From positions 8,302 to 36,720 of the forward strand of contig CAZYMY010000001.1 of assembly GCA_964648875.1 (NCBI GenBank): a stretch of 28,419 nucleotides of DNA, given 5' to 3'. Position numbers and translations under genes: made by a program. The notes beneath the pieces were generated by a model. That model had not been told where the DNA came from, searched no databases, and saw only the letters and a list, made by a program, of their open reading frames with translations. Positions 26,727 through 28,419 of this stretch are shown here, piece by piece; positions within the stretch are counted from its first letter, which is position 1; each line of letters begins with the position of its first letter. This DNA is from an uncultured Candidatus Saccharibacteria bacterium (GTDB lineage: Bacteria > Patescibacteriota > Minisyncoccia > Phycocordibacterales > UBA5272).

Positions 26727-26755
26727 TTGACAAGTAATATAGTTTATGCTAGCCT
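26727..26755 (+). promoter_or_regulatory. sigma70 promoter
   Basis: TTGACA-17-TAGCCT with TG extension. Confidence 0.6.
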
Positions 26756-26828
26756 AATGATATTAGTTCTTTAAAATCAATCACTAAAAACAAATAAAAT
26801 AACAATTTAAATTTTAAATCTTTAAAAA

Positions 26829-27407
26829 ATGGAAAAATTAAAAAAAATCTGGTCTTGGATTTTGAGTCATAAAATCTGGACTTTAATTATTATTTTTGCA
26901 ATCCTCTTTGGAAGTGTCGGATATAAATCCGACACAGTTTCAGTCTCTCTTTTTGGTAGAGATACCAAAGGTGAAGCAATCGCATTGCTGCCTGTGTATA
27001 CAGAGGCAGCTAATATTTATGGTTTCTTAAGTGCGATTAATTGCACCGCGACAGAAAGAAATTTAGTATCAGTTTTTGGAGTTGCAGTTGGAAAGGCAAA
27101 AAAAAATATTATTTCTGTTATTGGTATTTCTATCGGAAAGGCCAGTGAAAAAATTGTCTCCTTTATTGGTATTTCTATCGGAGATGCGGGTGAAGACATT
27201 CTTTCCGGATTTGGTGTCTCAATTGGAAAGGCTAAAAAAGATATATACTCTGGAGTAGGCATCGCTGTTGGTAAAGCTGATAATAAAATTGAGTCACTTC
27301 TTGGTTTGGCCGTTGGAAATTCTATTCGTTTGAAAGGTTTAGTTGCAGTCAGGGCCGATCCTTGGCCAGACTGTGTATCCATTTTTTGGATACCAATTAA
27401 AAAATAA
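26829..27407 (+). CDS. Membrane-anchored or exported protein with 15-residue Gly-rich repeats (putative beta-solenoid)
   Basis: N-terminal hydrophobic helix; six repeats of the type KAxxxIxSxxGISIG. Confidence 0.82.
   Translation: MEKLKKIWSWILSHKIWTLIIIFAILFGSVGYKSDTVSVSLFGRDTKGEAIALLPVYTEAANIYGFLSAINCTATERNLVSVFGVAVGKAKKNIISVIGISIGKASEKIVSFIGISIGDAGEDILSGFGVSIGKAKKDIYSGVGIAVGKADNKIESLLGLAVGNSIRLKGLVAVRADPWPDCVSIFWIPIKK
27048..27317 (+). repeat. Six tandem 45-bp (15-aa) coding repeats
   Basis: ATERNLVSVFGVAVG / KAKKNIISVIGISIG / KASEKIVSFIGISIG / DAGEDILSGFGVSIG / KAKKDIYSGVGIAVG / KADNKIESLLGLAVG; ATTGGTATTTCTATCGGA recurs at 45-bp spacing. Confidence 0.85.
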
Positions 27408-27437
27408 AATAAAATAAAATGATCTTTGACTGAAATA

Positions 27438-27474
27438 AAAAAGCTGTAGCTTATAAACTACAGCTTTTTGTTTT
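27438..27474. terminator. Bidirectional intrinsic terminator
   Basis: AAAAAGCTGTAG-cttataaa-CTACAGCTTTTT, then GTTTT; between the convergent repeat gene and cysS. Confidence 0.87.
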
Positions 27475-27493
27475 GTATTTTTTTAATTTATTT

Positions 27494-28419
27494 TTATATT
27501 CTATCAAGTCCTAAGCCGAGATATTTATCCATTTTTAATATTAAAATATATTTTTCATCAGCATTTATTTTTTTATCATTTATTATAGACCAAAGAGTAG
27601 CAAGAGCTACACTTGTATTCAAATCATCATTCATAGCAGATATAAATTTGTCTAGATAATTTTTAACCCCTTCAGTCTCGCTTTGCTCGCCAGCTTCCCC
27701 GTGGGAAGCAACACCTTCGTCTGGAGTATTTGCATTTATTCCCCCTTCGGGGGCTAGGGGGACTGTATTTGCATTTTCTTCCTCTCCTTCCGAGAGGGCT
27801 CCAGTGAGGTCAGATTTTATTTTGACTGTTTGTTTCAAAAGTTTTTGATATGCATTGTCGGCTGCCTCTAGTGAATCCCAAGAAAATTTTAATTCTTTTC
27901 TATAATGTGTCATGAGTAATAAATATTTATAAGACAGAGGATTTATATTTTTTTCCTTTAAACTATTTAATCTCAAAAATTCTCCATCACTTTTACTCAT
28001 TTTCCCTTTATCAGCATTTAAAAAATTCACATGCATCCAATAATTTACAAATTTGGTATTTTGCATTTCCTCCCTTTCCTTTGGAAAGGGGCTGGGGGAT
28101 AGGACTGTATTTGTATTTTCTCCCTCTCCTTCCGAGAGGGCTCCGGTGAGGTCGGGCATTGAACATTCACTTTGTGCTATTTCATTTGTATGATGTACAG
28201 GAAGTAAATCTATTCCACCTGTATGTATATCTATATGATCGCTAAGCACAGCGCGAATCATAGCGCTACACTCAATATGCCAGCCAGGGAATCCAATACC
28301 CCATGGACTTTCCCATTCCATTTGTCTTCTACCCTCTCCTTTGGTGAGGGACAGGGAGGGGGTTGGACTAAATTTCCATAAAGCAAAATCTGTTTTATTT
28401 TTCTTTTTATTATTTTCAT
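27494..28419 (-). CDS. cysS: Cysteine--tRNA ligase, 3' part (5' end outside the window), with three in-frame insertions
   Basis: The frame is open to the window edge: KKKNKTDFALWKFSP...RQMEWESPWGIGFPGWHIECSAM, DIHTGGIDLLPVHHTNEIAQSE, KMSKS, AMNDDLNT. Confidence 0.95.
   Translation of the reverse strand, partial: ENNKKKNKTDFALWKFSPTPSLSLTKGEGRRQMEWESPWGIGFPGWHIECSAMIRAVLSDHIDIHTGGIDLLPVHHTNEIAQSECSMPDLTGALSEGEGENTNTVLSPSPFPKEREEMQNTKFVNYWMHVNFLNADKGKMSKSDGEFLRLNSLKEKNINPLSYKYLLLMTHYRKELKFSWDSLEAADNAYQKLLKQTVKIKSDLTGALSEGEEENANTVPLAPEGGINANTPDEGVASHGEAGEQSETEGVKNYLDKFISAMNDDLNTSVALATLWSIINDKKINADEKYILILKMDKYLGLGLDRI
27666..27710. repeat. In-frame REP-like element E6 in cysS
   Basis: ACCCCTTCAGTCTCGCTTTGCTCGCCA followed by the perfect hairpin GCTTCCC-cgt-GGGAAGC; encodes ASHGEAGEQSETEGV. 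Confidence 0.7.
27741..27761. repeat. In-frame REP-like element E5 in cysS
   Basis: CCCCC-ttc-GGGGG plus CTAGGGGG; encodes PLAPEGG. Confidence 0.7.
27780..27811. repeat. In-frame REP-like element E4 in cysS
   Basis: TCCTCTC-cttcc-GAGAGGG plus CTCCAGTGAGGTC; part of a 52-bp direct repeat (27760-27811 vs 28102-28153, 49/52 identical). Confidence 0.85.
28072..28103. repeat. In-frame REP-like element E2 in cysS
   Basis: Perfect CCCTTTCC-ttt-GGAAAGGG plus GCTGGGGGATAGG (19/32 G+C); encodes LSPSPFPKERE. Confidence 0.85.
28122..28153. repeat. In-frame REP-like element E3 in cysS
   Basis: CCCTCTC-cttcc-GAGAGGG plus CTCCGGTGAGGTC; encodes DLTGALSEGEG. Confidence 0.85.
28332..28366. repeat. In-frame REP-like element E1 in cysS
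   Basis: CCCTCTCC-ttt-GGTGAGGG plus ACAGGGAGGGGGTTGG; encodes PTPSLSLTKGEG. Confidence 0.8.

Noticed and set aside
27666-28153. Hairpin/linker alternation in cysS as a CRISPR array
   Set aside because: The units are heterogeneous and irregularly spaced, lie in frame inside a conserved gene, and no cas genes or leader are present.
352-28321. Short antisense or overlapping ORFs in the track (e.g. 352-552, 891-1073, 3120-3446, 3717-4115, 7836-8054, 8808-9017, 11622-11840, 14156-14939 set, 21772-22041, 27017-27382, 27468-27659)
   Set aside because: They are shadows of well-supported genes and have no recognisable motifs.

Overview
AT-rich bacterial chromosomal segment in standard code 11. It is most consistent with a Patescibacteria/CPR (Parcubacteria-like) genome; this is an inference from the short L13, the CysRS motif style, the lack of Shine-Dalgarno motifs and the compact gene set. 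Housekeeping backbone: rpoC 3' end, dnaG, rpoA-rplQ-rplM-rpsI, grpE-dnaK...dnaJ, two tRNA-Gln genes, DedA, L,D-transpeptidase, thermonuclease, YqeY, rmuC, murD, rplU, recR, dnaB and the 3' part of cysS. Single accessory genes with their own sigma70 promoter and terminator are interspersed, and a hicB-hicA-GNAT-dinD block splits dnaK from dnaJ. Most notable signals: (1) cysS carries at least six GC-rich REP-like hairpins inserted in frame at three loop positions, with a recurrent 12-nt linker, while its catalytic motifs stay intact; it also stops before the usual anticodon-binding domain. (2) A 913-bp one-gene cassette is flanked by 59-bp direct repeats of the dnaB 3' end that differ only by three synonymous changes. 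(3) A stand-alone protein has an RNAP alpha-CTD-like domain that keeps the DNA-binding NFGKKS motif, which is degenerate in the native RpoA. (4) Two tRNA-Gln genes form an inverted pair around a 3.4-kb envelope gene block. No CRISPR array, rRNA, transposase or integrase was seen. All calls come from reading the sequence; no searches were run.
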